Shown piece after piece: positions 55,688 through 64,000 of a stretch of 64,000 nucleotides of DNA (position 1 is its first letter; each line of letters starts with the position of its first letter). Below the pieces are notes generated by a model. That model was not told where the DNA came from. It saw only the letters and a list, made by a program, of their open reading frames with translations, and did not search any database. Made by a program: the position numbers and the translations under genes. Source of the stretch: a virus; IMG/VR virus record IMGVR_UViG_3300020596_000020, positions 1 to 64,000 of that record; one strand, 5' to 3'.

Positions 55688-56241
55688 ATATTTTCCTTAC
55701 GGTCGCTGAGACCTTCTTCGACGGCAAACTCGATCTCACGTAACTCGCGGTCGAGATCTTCGTCTGAAGTATCAAGAAAGATATGACGTGTCTTCAGGCG
55801 CGGCGCGCACTGCTTGTAGAGGGTGTCGATCGCCGTGATCTGGTCCTCTTTGATGGTGATATCATCTTCGTCGACCCGGCCAACGTACCCCTGTAGTCGG
55901 GTACACACGACGATAAGCGCGTTCATGCGTGCGTACGCTTCATCGAGCTGCGCGACGACATCAGGGTCGGTCGGGCGGCCGAAGTGTTTCGAGTAGACAA
56001 TCTCAGATGGAAAGTTGCGGTCAAGAATGACCGATGTGTCAGTCTGCTCAAGGAAGTCCGCCAGCGTCGTCTCGCCAAAACGGAGGAAGGGCAGAAACTG
56101 CGACCGGTCGCTCATGAAGAACTTCTTCTGGACTTGCGCCTTAAAGATCGGAATGTCGAGACTGGCAGAGAGAGCCTTAGCAATCTCAGTTTTTCCGACC
56201 CTCTCCGTCCCTTCTAGGATAATGATTCTCTGTTTGCTCAT
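55684..56241 (-). CDS. Deoxynucleoside monophosphate kinase (TMPK-like)
   Basis: IILEGTERVGKT P-loop, ILDR..PSE.VY. Confidence 0.82.
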   Translation of the reverse strand: MSKQRIIILEGTERVGKTEIAKALSASLDIPIFKAQVQKKFFMSDRSQFLPFLRFGETTLADFLEQTDTSVILDRNFPSEIVYSKHFGRPTDPDVVAQLDEAYARMNALIVVCTRLQGYVGRVDEDDITIKEDQITAIDTLYKQCAPRLKTRHIFLDTSDEDLDRELREIEFAVEEGLSDRKENI

Positions 56242-56250
56242 GCTTTTATC

Positions 56251-56535
56251 CTAGCCGCTCGTGCTCATTTCAATCTGCTGATCCAGTTGCTCGTCGAGCG
56301 TATGAACCTGTTCGCAGAGCTCGCGAATAATCTCGAACAAGAATTTCGTCTCAACGTCGTGATGCGTGCTCAACTTTTTGTACTCAATTGCCCAAGCATC
56401 CTCTCCAATGGGAGATGACTCATTATCAAGCTTGGATAGCGGCATCCAAGTTTCAGGATTGTCTATGCCTTCACGAAGTAGGATCTCGACGCGTTGCGCG
56501 ATGTTAAGCGACTTCTTCTCTTTTTTAATCGCCAA
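56251..56535 (-). CDS. Hypothetical protein
   Basis: 94 aa ORF. Confidence 0.5.
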   Translation of the reverse strand: MAIKKEKKSLNIAQRVEILLREGIDNPETWMPLSKLDNESSPIGEDAWAIEYKKLSTHHDVETKFLFEIIRELCEQVHTLDEQLDQQIEMSTSG

Positions 56536-56821
56536 AGAATCCTCCTGAACTCTGTGCTGGAAGTTTGAAACCGTTCATTAGCGACTTGAGACACGACTCG
56601 CATAACGAGAATGTATACGTCATGTCGTCGGGTAAGTCCGAAAAATAGCCAGTCGTGAAGCTGGTCTCGATGAGACCATACCAACTACGTTTCCAAGTCC
56701 AATCGTTCTTATACATCTCTTCTTGCTGAGAGGTCGAGCAAAGCTCGGAACAATTGTTACAACGAATTTCGTCAACAACCTCGATCTCTTCTGTCACAAC
56801 GATCTTTTTAACGGTTTTCAA
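56525..56821 (-). CDS. Zinc-ribbon hypothetical protein
   Basis: CNNC...LCESC. Confidence 0.6.
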   Translation of the reverse strand: MKTVKKIVVTEEIEVVDEIRCNNCSELCSTSQQEEMYKNDWTWKRSWYGLIETSFTTGYFSDLPDDMTYTFSLCESCLKSLMNGFKLPAQSSGGFFGD

Positions 56822-57087
56822 TCTTCCTCCTCAGGCCCAAGGAACTTCTTGAACCACTCAACGACCTCGTCGTCGTCTCCGATCATGAGCCATGAGGCGT
56901 CGTAATGAAGGCTAGCATACTGCTCGCTTCGCCAACGCCAAAACATGAACGCTTCCGCCGCGCTCAACTCGGCGAACATGCGTGCTCGTAGAACATTACG
57001 AATGCGTGAGATATCGGCGATCCCACCCCAATTGCCCCAGCCGGTGAGGAACAAGAATCTCTGATCCACACGTTGTTGAATTGTCAT
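56818..57087 (-). CDS. Hypothetical protein
   Basis: 89 aa, FW.W.SE.Y.ASWL. Confidence 0.55.
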   Translation of the reverse strand: MTIQQRVDQRFLFLTGWGNWGGIADISRIRNVLRARMFAELSAAEAFMFWRWRSEQYASLHYDASWLMIGDDDEVVEWFKKFLGPEEED

Positions 57088-57893
57088 CGGATGATCAGCT
57101 CCCCCACCTTACCGCGACCCATACCGTTGCTGTTGATCGAGCGACGCGCCTGCACCTCATACAAATCGAACATCTTATAGAGCTCGCGCACGAGCGGTGT
57201 GTCCGAGTTGGACAACATAACATGTACGCCACGCGACTTTAGATCAAGCGCAAGGTCACGCAAACGCAGCTGCTCGGGCGCACCGAACCCGTTGGCTGTG
57301 TAATCAACGAAGCTCGTTGCAGTCAGCGGGATGTACGGAGGATCGAAGTAGACTAGGTCACCTTCACTAGTGTGCTTGTCGACGTCGCCGAAATCCTCGG
57401 TGTTGAGATACAAATTCGGCGCGCGTAAAGCGATCGAACACGCCATCAGATTCGCCTCGTCGAGGAACATGCCGGACCGATCGCCCCCGTACGGGACGTT
57501 CATGCCGCCGCCGGCGTTCTCACGCCAGAGACCGTTGAAACACGTCTTGTTGAGGAAGATAAACCGAGCCGCAGCCTCGGGCTCTGCGAAGAACACGGAC
57601 CCTTCCTGATTCAGGAGATCACGCTGTTCGTAATAACACTTCTTCGTGCGCTTAAAGGTGCGCATGTGAGAGACGACTTCTTGTAGATCCTCTTTAATAC
57701 AGCGGAAGGCGTTGACGAGACGCGGGTTGAAGTCAGACAGATACGCCGTCTTCGGCGCGAGCGCGAAGAACAGGGCGCCACCGCCGAGGAACGGCTCGTG
57801 GTAAGTCTTGAACTCCTTGGGAGCGAGCTCGAGAAGGTGTGGCAAAAGTTGAGTTTTTCCTCCAACCCAACGCAAAAAAGGTTTCATTTTCAT
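57084..57893 (-). CDS. dam: Dam-family DNA adenine methyltransferase
   Basis: KPFLRWVGGK, EPFLGGG, FNGLWR.N, DPPY, LSNSD. Confidence 0.93.
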   Translation of the reverse strand: MKMKPFLRWVGGKTQLLPHLLELAPKEFKTYHEPFLGGGALFFALAPKTAYLSDFNPRLVNAFRCIKEDLQEVVSHMRTFKRTKKCYYEQRDLLNQEGSVFFAEPEAAARFIFLNKTCFNGLWRENAGGGMNVPYGGDRSGMFLDEANLMACSIALRAPNLYLNTEDFGDVDKHTSEGDLVYFDPPYIPLTATSFVDYTANGFGAPEQLRLRDLALDLKSRGVHVMLSNSDTPLVRELYKMFDLYEVQARRSINSNGMGRGKVGELIIR

Positions 57894-58061
57894 CCGAACT
57901 TCTTCTTAAGCTTCTCGAACGTCTTTCGTTCCTCTTCGACTTCACAAACTTTCTTCTCGGCGAGAGCTTCTTGAGCTTTTTTCTCGCGTTCTAGCTTCTT
58001 TTTAAGCATTTTACGTTCTATATCTTGCTCGACTGCGATCTCTGCAAGTAACGAATCTCAC

Positions 58062-59081
58062 TCACTTCAATCTCTCTTTCATCCACTTGATCGTCTTCTC
58101 AAGCCCGTCGCGCAGTGACACAGTTGGCCTATACCCCAATGTGATACGGGCTAGCGCCAAGCTCGGCTTGCGAACCTTTGGATCGTCGACTGGCAGAGGC
58201 TCGTTGACGATGATTAGTCGCGGAAACCACTCCGACAATGCCTCGGCGAGCTCGATGATCTTGAACTCACCGTCGTTACCGAGATTGACTGGCGCGCTCG
58301 GCGGCTTCGGCGTCTCCCCCAGTTTGCGTAGCCCAGTGACGAGGTCGCTGACGTAGCAGAAGCTCCTCGTTTGGTCGCCGGCGCCGTACACTGTGAGCGG
58401 CTCGCCGCGGATCGCCTGACGGATGAAGTTGCTAACTACACGCCCATCATCTGGGTCCATACGCGGACCATAAGTGTTGAAGATGCGCGCAACACGGACA
58501 TTCGTGTTTGCTTGGAGGAACTCGTAGCAGAGCGTCTCGGCACAACGCTTACCTTCGTCGTAGCAAGAGCGAGGACCCCAAGTGTTGACGTTACCCCAAT
58601 ATGCTTCGGTCTGTGGGTGCTCGAGCGGGTCCCCGTAGATCTCGCTCGTCGAGGCTTGCACGAAAGCGGCTTTGTGCGCTCGAGCAACCGCGAGCAAATT
58701 GGCTGTGCCCACCACGTTTGTCATGATCGTGCTGAAACCGTCAGTCTGATAGGCACGCGGCGAAGCTGGGCAAGCAAGGTTGTAGACGACGTCGTAAGTT
58801 GTGAGCACTCGACCGTTGTCACGGGCTGTCGAGGTGGTCACCGACGCGGACGTGACGTCGCCATAGTTTACCTGCATGAGCTTCTCAGGTTCGCCGTTGA
58901 AGTCGGATGCGTTGTCAAACTCATCTAGAAACTTGATGTTCTCAGGGTTCCCCGTGCTCATGTTATCGATCACGTCAACAAACCACCCAGAGACCACGAG
59001 ACTCTCCACGAGGTGCGAACCGATGAAGCCGGCTCCGCCGGCCACGAGCGCATATTTTCGACCTAGATGCATACAGATCAA
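58062..59081 (-). CDS. UDP-glucuronate decarboxylase (UDP-xylose synthase)
   Basis: GGAGFIG, LACPASP, STSEIYGDP, YWGNVN, RSCYDEGKR, DGRVVSNFI. Confidence 0.9.
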   Translation of the reverse strand: MICMHLGRKYALVAGGAGFIGSHLVESLVVSGWFVDVIDNMSTGNPENIKFLDEFDNASDFNGEPEKLMQVNYGDVTSASVTTSTARDNGRVLTTYDVVYNLACPASPRAYQTDGFSTIMTNVVGTANLLAVARAHKAAFVQASTSEIYGDPLEHPQTEAYWGNVNTWGPRSCYDEGKRCAETLCYEFLQANTNVRVARIFNTYGPRMDPDDGRVVSNFIRQAIRGEPLTVYGAGDQTRSFCYVSDLVTGLRKLGETPKPPSAPVNLGNDGEFKIIELAEALSEWFPRLIIVNEPLPVDDPKVRKPSLALARITLGYRPTVSLRDGLEKTIKWMKERLK

Positions 59082-59142
59082 TGTACTGCGTCGTTTACAA
59101 GAGGTTACTCTGCTCGATGACTAGGTTAGATTGTAGATTCCG

Positions 59143-59565
59143 ATGGAGATTGAGTTCGGCACACTCATTGAATGCGACGCCTTCTCGGCGATCGTTGTCG
59201 CGTCGAACCTATTGCTTGTGTTTGACATCAAGTTTCCAGACTATATGAACGTCAATGACTTGTTGTGTTTGAATTCGCTCGGGCCAAATGATTGGATGAT
59301 CAGCGTCTCGATGGATTACGGCGTGTGTGACAACTACTGGATCAAACGCGATTGGAACGGGGTCATCGAGACGAACCTCGCAGATTATTGGAGCGATTGG
59401 TATAATGACGACGACGACTACTATGACTATCTGCGCAATTATGTGAACGAGGACATCGTTGAATCGTACGACGACTACAAGAGTCTCAGCAGCCCGGCGC
59501 ACAACCCCAGATGTCACAGAGTCTTTTTCGGTCGAGGCAAGTGGGGTGGTCGCCGACGTCCGTAA
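59143..59565 (+). CDS. Acidic Asp/Tyr/Trp-rich hypothetical protein
   Basis: 140 aa; DDDDYYDY tract; 3' end overlaps convergent gene. Confidence 0.45.
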   Translation: MEIEFGTLIECDAFSAIVVASNLLLVFDIKFPDYMNVNDLLCLNSLGPNDWMISVSMDYGVCDNYWIKRDWNGVIETNLADYWSDWYNDDDDYYDYLRNYVNEDIVESYDDYKSLSSPAHNPRCHRVFFGRGKWGGRRRP

Positions 59566-60088
59566 TGTACGGGTACATAATGGTAGGGGTGTCCTTGCTC
59601 GCGTAATGAGCTAGCCCGAGCGCATGCCCGATCTCATGCATCGCCGTCAGGTAATACATGCGTGGGGCGAGATCGTCTTGGATCCAGATGCGCGAACGAC
59701 CAGGTCGACCGCTGCTGTCTGCGTTCCACGTCCAGCAGACGCCGACCGTACTAGAGGTCTTGTCGACATTTGTCTCGGTATAGATCCAGATCTCGCCGAG
59801 CGGCGGGATAGGTCGGTTGTCACCCTTGTATTGGAAATCATCGTACGTAACCTCAAAGGCGACCGCGCCCGAGGAGGCGGTCACCCACTCGAACGCTGCA
59901 TCGAGAATCAGACCTACGCGGTCAGTAGGGACGTCTTTGCTGACAACGATCTTGTACAGCTTGACGCTGTCGATTGGCACGTTCCGATCGGTCATGACCA
60001 CGTCACATTTGTCACGCTCCCCGTCAACACATGACACAAAGAGCGCGATTAGCAAAATAAAGAAGATGACGAAGCAACGCATAATCAC
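59486..60088 (-). CDS. Matrixin-like metalloprotease lipoprotein
   Basis: Lipobox FVSC, HEIGHALGLAH, IMYP Met-turn. Confidence 0.85.
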   Translation of the reverse strand: MIMRCFVIFFILLIALFVSCVDGERDKCDVVMTDRNVPIDSVKLYKIVVSKDVPTDRVGLILDAAFEWVTASSGAVAFEVTYDDFQYKGDNRPIPPLGEIWIYTETNVDKTSSTVGVCWTWNADSSGRPGRSRIWIQDDLAPRMYYLTAMHEIGHALGLAHYASKDTPTIMYPYITDVGDHPTCLDRKRLCDIWGCAPGC

Positions 60089-60107
60089 ATGCTAGCTCTG
60101 GCTCAAC

Positions 60108-60506
60108 TTAGTCGTTCTTATGTTTATCAGCCGAAGCGTACTTTGTGTTCGTTTTTTCGACTAAATTCAGTACTTTTTCGTAAAGCTTAGACTTGTCGAT
60201 CTCCGCCGCAAGATTCTTGCTGTGGTTGCGCGCGTACAGATTAACCACGCCAGCCCAGTCGACGTCGACGCCGCGCTCAGACCATGCGTTGTGTAGTTGC
60301 TTGGCCATCGCTTCGTATTTCTTGTCAGTGATTTTCTCAGCGAAGTCGTCGTCGAAACTACGGAACTCGACGACGTTGCTACAACCGAGACCATCTTTGG
60401 TAGGCTCGTCAATCTCAAGCACCGGATTCACAGAGGTGCTGCTCATCGTCTCACGTACGAGCGCTCGGAGTTCAGACACTTTGATGCGGATCTTCTTGTC
60501 GCTCAT
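60108..60506 (-). CDS. Probable head-associated protein
   Basis: MSDKKIRIKVSELRALVRE; TACCTA 20 nt upstream. Confidence 0.55.
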   Translation of the reverse strand: MSDKKIRIKVSELRALVRETMSSTSVNPVLEIDEPTKDGLGCSNVVEFRSFDDDFAEKITDKKYEAMAKQLHNAWSERGVDVDWAGVVNLYARNHSKNLAAEIDKSKLYEKVLNLVEKTNTKYASADKHKND

Positions 60507-60525
60507 GCCAGATGGTTCCCTATCA

Positions 60526-61052
60526 TTAGGTAGCAACGAACTCATCCCAAGACTCGTGCCAATCATCACGCGTCGACTGTCTTCGCATGTCAGAAAGCCA
60601 AAAATGTGTGACGGTCGGTAATCCAGGCTTGCAATGTAAATGCATGTCGGCCTTCTCGAGGGTCTTGTTGTCCTTGCGACGGTTGCAAGACTTACACGCG
60701 GTCACGCAGTTGATCCAATTGGTTCTTGCCGTCGCGTGACCGCGGGACGACATGGTCGATGGTCGCTTCCCTAAACGTCAGGTTGCGACCGCAGTACTGA
60801 CAGGAGTAATCATCGCGCGATAACACGACACTACGATTGTACCACACATCTTGTGCGCGCGAGAATGAAGTTCTTAAGTCTCAAGATGGCCGGTGTCTGG
60901 AGACCGGTGACGATGCAATCGTCGCCCCACTACGACACCACGTTCACACATTCGCATCGGATCAACGAGTACATGCGTCGATAGTTCACTAACACGATGG
61001 GTTCGTGGATCGTGCTGATGAGGAGGGCTCTCCTCGCTTTGCGTGCGCGCAT
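60526..61052 (-). pseudogene. Decayed McrA-type HNH endonuclease
   Basis: Pieces RDDYSCQYCG, TIDHVVPRS, NCVTACKSCN spread over frames; TAG at 60930 and two frameshifts. Confidence 0.85.
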
Positions 61053-61053
61053 C

Positions 61054-61854
61054 TCACCAGAGAGTAGGCGTCCAGGAGACGATCTGCGGATGCCCGTATC
61101 GAGCCTCCGCCGTTTGAACAACCAGGTTGTCTAGACGCTTGTGGAAAGCGCGGCTGTGTGTGTGCCCACAGAGCACCTCAAACTTGACCCAGAAATACTC
61201 ACGCGCCACCTGCTCGAGAACATCGCCGATGACACGCGACGTGAACCACGGCTGCGCGTAATCGTCGCCCGGCCGACCCATGTGCAATGCGGCCTCAGTG
61301 TATGGTGGCACATGTGTGATGACGATGACACGATTGTTTTTCGCCTCGCACGCCGCGCGCAGCTTCGCCTCGAGGATCTTGGCGCGACCGTCGGCGATCT
61401 CAGCACTCACGACACGCTCGTTCTTACCCTTGTACTCTGCGATGTAAAACCAGTCGTTCAGGATCATCTTGGGGTTGCCTTGCAGACCATTGCGACCATC
61501 GTACCATCCGCTGTCGCCAACAACACATAGATCTTCCTCGATTTGCACACGGTCAACAAGATCCATGAAGACCGAGTGGCCCTGCACGAGACCGTGAGAC
61601 CGCAGGTCACGCTCACACTGGACAAACGAGCTACCCCAACGGTCGTGATTGCCGAGCACGTAAAGCATCTTGCCGCGACCGGCCTGCCCGAGACCGTCAA
61701 TGTGTTCGAACAGTCGTCGCGACGAGGTAATGTCGCCGGTGACGAGCAACGTCGTGTCCATCGTGGTGTTGTCGCGAACCGTCTGGAAGAACTGCTCGAG
61801 TTCTTCGGGACTAAGGTGATCTAAATGCGGGTCGCTGACCCAAGAGTAATTCAT
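61054..61854 (-). CDS. Calcineurin-like metallophosphoesterase
   Basis: SDPH, GD, GNHD, THVPP, GHTH. Confidence 0.9.
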   Translation of the reverse strand: MNYSWVSDPHLDHLSPEELEQFFQTVRDNTTMDTTLLVTGDITSSRRLFEHIDGLGQAGRGKMLYVLGNHDRWGSSFVQCERDLRSHGLVQGHSVFMDLVDRVQIEEDLCVVGDSGWYDGRNGLQGNPKMILNDWFYIAEYKGKNERVVSAEIADGRAKILEAKLRAACEAKNNRVIVITHVPPYTEAALHMGRPGDDYAQPWFTSRVIGDVLEQVAREYFWVKFEVLCGHTHSRAFHKRLDNLVVQTAEARYGHPQIVSWTPTLW

Positions 61855-61859
61855 AATTA

Positions 61860-62459
61860 TTAGAAGTTACCACGTACGGGCGGGAAATTGTTCTCTTCTA
61901 ACGTCATAGACAGGCTTTTCCATGACGTGACGCGTCGGATGCCAGCTCCAAGCTTGACGCGGTTCCATGGTTGATCGAAAAGGATCGGAAGCGGACCTTT
62001 GCAACCATCAAAAATGCGTTCTCCGCGGTAGTATGCCCACTTTTCGATGTTTTCCACCTTGTCGTCGACAAGGATATCGGAGTCGAAGAACTCCTTCTGA
62101 CTAAGGAAACAGACGTTCTTGCGCGACAGGCCAAGATTCTCGACCATCCAGTCCTCACGACCCTCGTACCAATGCAGCACGTCGTACGGGGCAGTGACGA
62201 TCATCACTGTGTACTCCTCCTGTGCCGCGCGACCGAACTCAATCGCTCCAGGGTAGGCTTGCATGTTTCGACAGAAGTCGGGCTGTGCAACGATCTCTCG
62301 TCTGTACATCGTCTCTAACTTCTCGTCGTCGTCGAAGACACTCCAGTTAGTAACGTCAGCGAGCGTTTTAAAACGACCGTGGGAGTTGATAAACTTCAGA
62401 GCCGGGGTCGTAAAATCGACCAACACACCATCCGCATCAAGTGCGAGGACAGGTTTCAT
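61860..62459 (-). CDS. 5'(3')-deoxyribonucleotidase (HAD, NT5C-like)
   Basis: LDADGVLVDF, VTAP, LVDD, FDQPWN. Confidence 0.88.
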   Translation of the reverse strand: MKPVLALDADGVLVDFTTPALKFINSHGRFKTLADVTNWSVFDDDEKLETMYRREIVAQPDFCRNMQAYPGAIEFGRAAQEEYTVMIVTAPYDVLHWYEGREDWMVENLGLSRKNVCFLSQKEFFDSDILVDDKVENIEKWAYYRGERIFDGCKGPLPILFDQPWNRVKLGAGIRRVTSWKSLSMTLEENNFPPVRGNF

Positions 62460-62480
62460 GCTGCGAACATAGTTCTCTGC

Positions 62481-63782
62481 TTAGATCGTGACGAGAATGA
62501 TGTCTTTTCGTAGCTTTGACGCGTCAACGACGCCTTTGAGGTCCAAAAGAACGCCGTTCGGTGCAAGACACACGTTTGCACGGTCTTCAAGTGTGTCGAG
62601 GTACGTTGCGTGCGGCACTGCCACGACGAGCGCGTCTAGATTTCGTTTTTCGAACACAGCAACACATGACTCTTTTGTGCCTGTAAACTTGTATGTGTCG
62701 TCGCTTGGATCAATCGCCAACGGGTTATAGGTGATGGAAGCGATCGGATCATGCACACTGACTTCACATCCACGGGCGCGCAAGGATTTCACTAGGTCAA
62801 CAACTTTGCTGTTACGCGTGTCCTTCACACCTTTCTTGAACGTGTAACCCAGCACCCCTACTTTGGCGCCGCGGTAGAAACCGCGTGTGGAAGCCTCGAG
62901 CGAGCTGATGAGCCGTTTCGCGACGTGTTTCGGCATGTGCTCATTGACACGACGCGCCAAAGACGCGAGTCTAAGCGGCTCACCGACGCTATCGGCGAGC
63001 ATCATGAGGTAGTACGGGTCGACGCCGACGCAGTGACCGCCGACGAGTCCTGGCTTAAACTTGAGAAAGTTCCACTTCGTCCCAGCTGCTTCAAGCACGT
63101 CCTTCGTGTTGATATCGACCTTGTTGAAAAGCTTGGCGAGTTCGTTTACAAGTGCAATGTTGACATCGCGTTGGATGTTCTCGATGAGCTTCGCGGCTTC
63201 GGCGACGCGTATGGTGGGCGCCTTGTGAATCTCCGTCACCTCACTATACACGGCCGCGACGCGTTCGAGCGTCTCCGCGTCCTCGCCTGCGACGATCTTG
63301 ACAACTTTCTCGAGTGTGTGCTCGACATCGCCAGGGTTAATGCGCTTCGGCGAGTAACCTAATCTGAAGTCTTTTCGGTCGAGCTTCGACGCCAGAACAG
63401 GAGCACAGATGTCCTCCGTCACGCCAGGGAAGACCGTTGACTCGTAAACGACGACGTCGCCTTTTTTGAGCATTGTGGCGACGATCTCAGACGCTCTCAG
63501 TAGAGGACTGAAATCTGGGGACTTGTCGTCGTTGATCGGAGTGGGAACGGCGACGATGTAAAAGGTCGTCTCCGCCATGTCGGTGAAGTTGCACGCGAAC
63601 TTCAGAGTCGTGTTGCAGAGTTTCTCAAGTGGAGTCTCGCCTGTCCGATCGTGCCCACGCATGAGTTCGGCGATCCGCACAGTATCGACGTCGTACCCGA
63701 TGACGTCAGGAAACTTGTGCGCGAGCGCTAGCGCCAACGAGAGCCCGACGTAACCAAGACCAATAACCGCGATCCGTTCCAT
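62481..63782 (-). CDS. UDP-GlcNAc/UDP-glucose 6-dehydrogenase (WbpO/TviB-like)
   Basis: GLGYVG, VPTP, ESTV.PG, AEAAK, TKWNF, GGHCVGVDPY; start at MERIAV. Confidence 0.92.
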   Translation of the reverse strand: MERIAVIGLGYVGLSLALALAHKFPDVIGYDVDTVRIAELMRGHDRTGETPLEKLCNTTLKFACNFTDMAETTFYIVAVPTPINDDKSPDFSPLLRASEIVATMLKKGDVVVYESTVFPGVTEDICAPVLASKLDRKDFRLGYSPKRINPGDVEHTLEKVVKIVAGEDAETLERVAAVYSEVTEIHKAPTIRVAEAAKLIENIQRDVNIALVNELAKLFNKVDINTKDVLEAAGTKWNFLKFKPGLVGGHCVGVDPYYLMMLADSVGEPLRLASLARRVNEHMPKHVAKRLISSLEASTRGFYRGAKVGVLGYTFKKGVKDTRNSKVVDLVKSLRARGCEVSVHDPIASITYNPLAIDPSDDTYKFTGTKESCVAVFEKRNLDALVVAVPHATYLDTLEDRANVCLAPNGVLLDLKGVVDASKLRKDIILVTI

Positions 63783-64000
63783 TAATACTCCTTGACGAGG
63801 TTGAAATACAGCGAGACGACAAGTGTTATTAAAGAACAACGACGCCGATTATATTCACGTCGAGCCAATCTTGTCGTTGGCGTTTCTCGTCTGCTTCGAG
63901 ATCTCACCTGCTCGATCAAGCAAGTCAGCGATGTTACGTTCGAGACGTACGCGACAACTAGGCGTGAGCGTGAGCAACTGTGTCTCCTGACCGATGGAAG

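Noticed and set aside
57890-58060. Lys/Glu-rich open frame between the decarboxylase and dam genes
   Set aside because: No convincing start beyond a 39-aa ORF; probably a gene remnant, too weak to call.
1-64000. Eukaryotic giant virus or bacterial chromosome origin
   Set aside because: DnaE, GroEL, Dam, lipoproteins, -10-type hexamers and overlapping operons indicate a bacterial system; dense small orphans, homing endonucleases and the lack of housekeeping operons indicate a phage.

Overview
A gene-dense 64 kb segment of a large (jumbo-type) tailed bacteriophage genome, mostly encoded on the minus strand in standard code 11. It carries replication and repair genes (DnaE, DinG-like helicase, ATP-dependent ligase, 5'-3' exonuclease, Fpg/Nei, Dam, NADAR) and nucleotide metabolism genes (thymidylate-synthase-family enzyme, thymidine kinase, dCMP deaminase, dNMP kinase, 5'-nucleotidase, Nudix). 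It also has three NDP-sugar enzymes, GroEL, Fe/Mn SOD, several proteases, a lysozyme-like protein, a multidomain GH5 lipoprotein, tRNA-Thr(UGU), three paralogous GIY-YIG homing endonuclease loci (one decayed) and a decayed HNH gene. Highlights: (1) DnaE is fractured by a split intein lying between the two catalytic Asp residues; the split falls after block F, leaving an 11-21 aa C-intein, and a Vsr-like endonuclease gene sits between the halves. (2) The TS-family enzyme has Asp at the dUMP/dCMP specificity position, pointing to cytosine modification, possibly with a sugar. (3) Two classes of -10-like hexamers usually lie 6-7 nt before start codons, suggesting leaderless transcripts; the TANNTA class marks genes whose products share an N-terminal LRxxV/IRxxLxE helix, a probable head-packaging/cleavage signal. 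(4) An ORF absent from the ORF track has one in-frame Cys-TGA followed by a SECIS-like hairpin. All calls come from motif reading by eye; no database searches were run.
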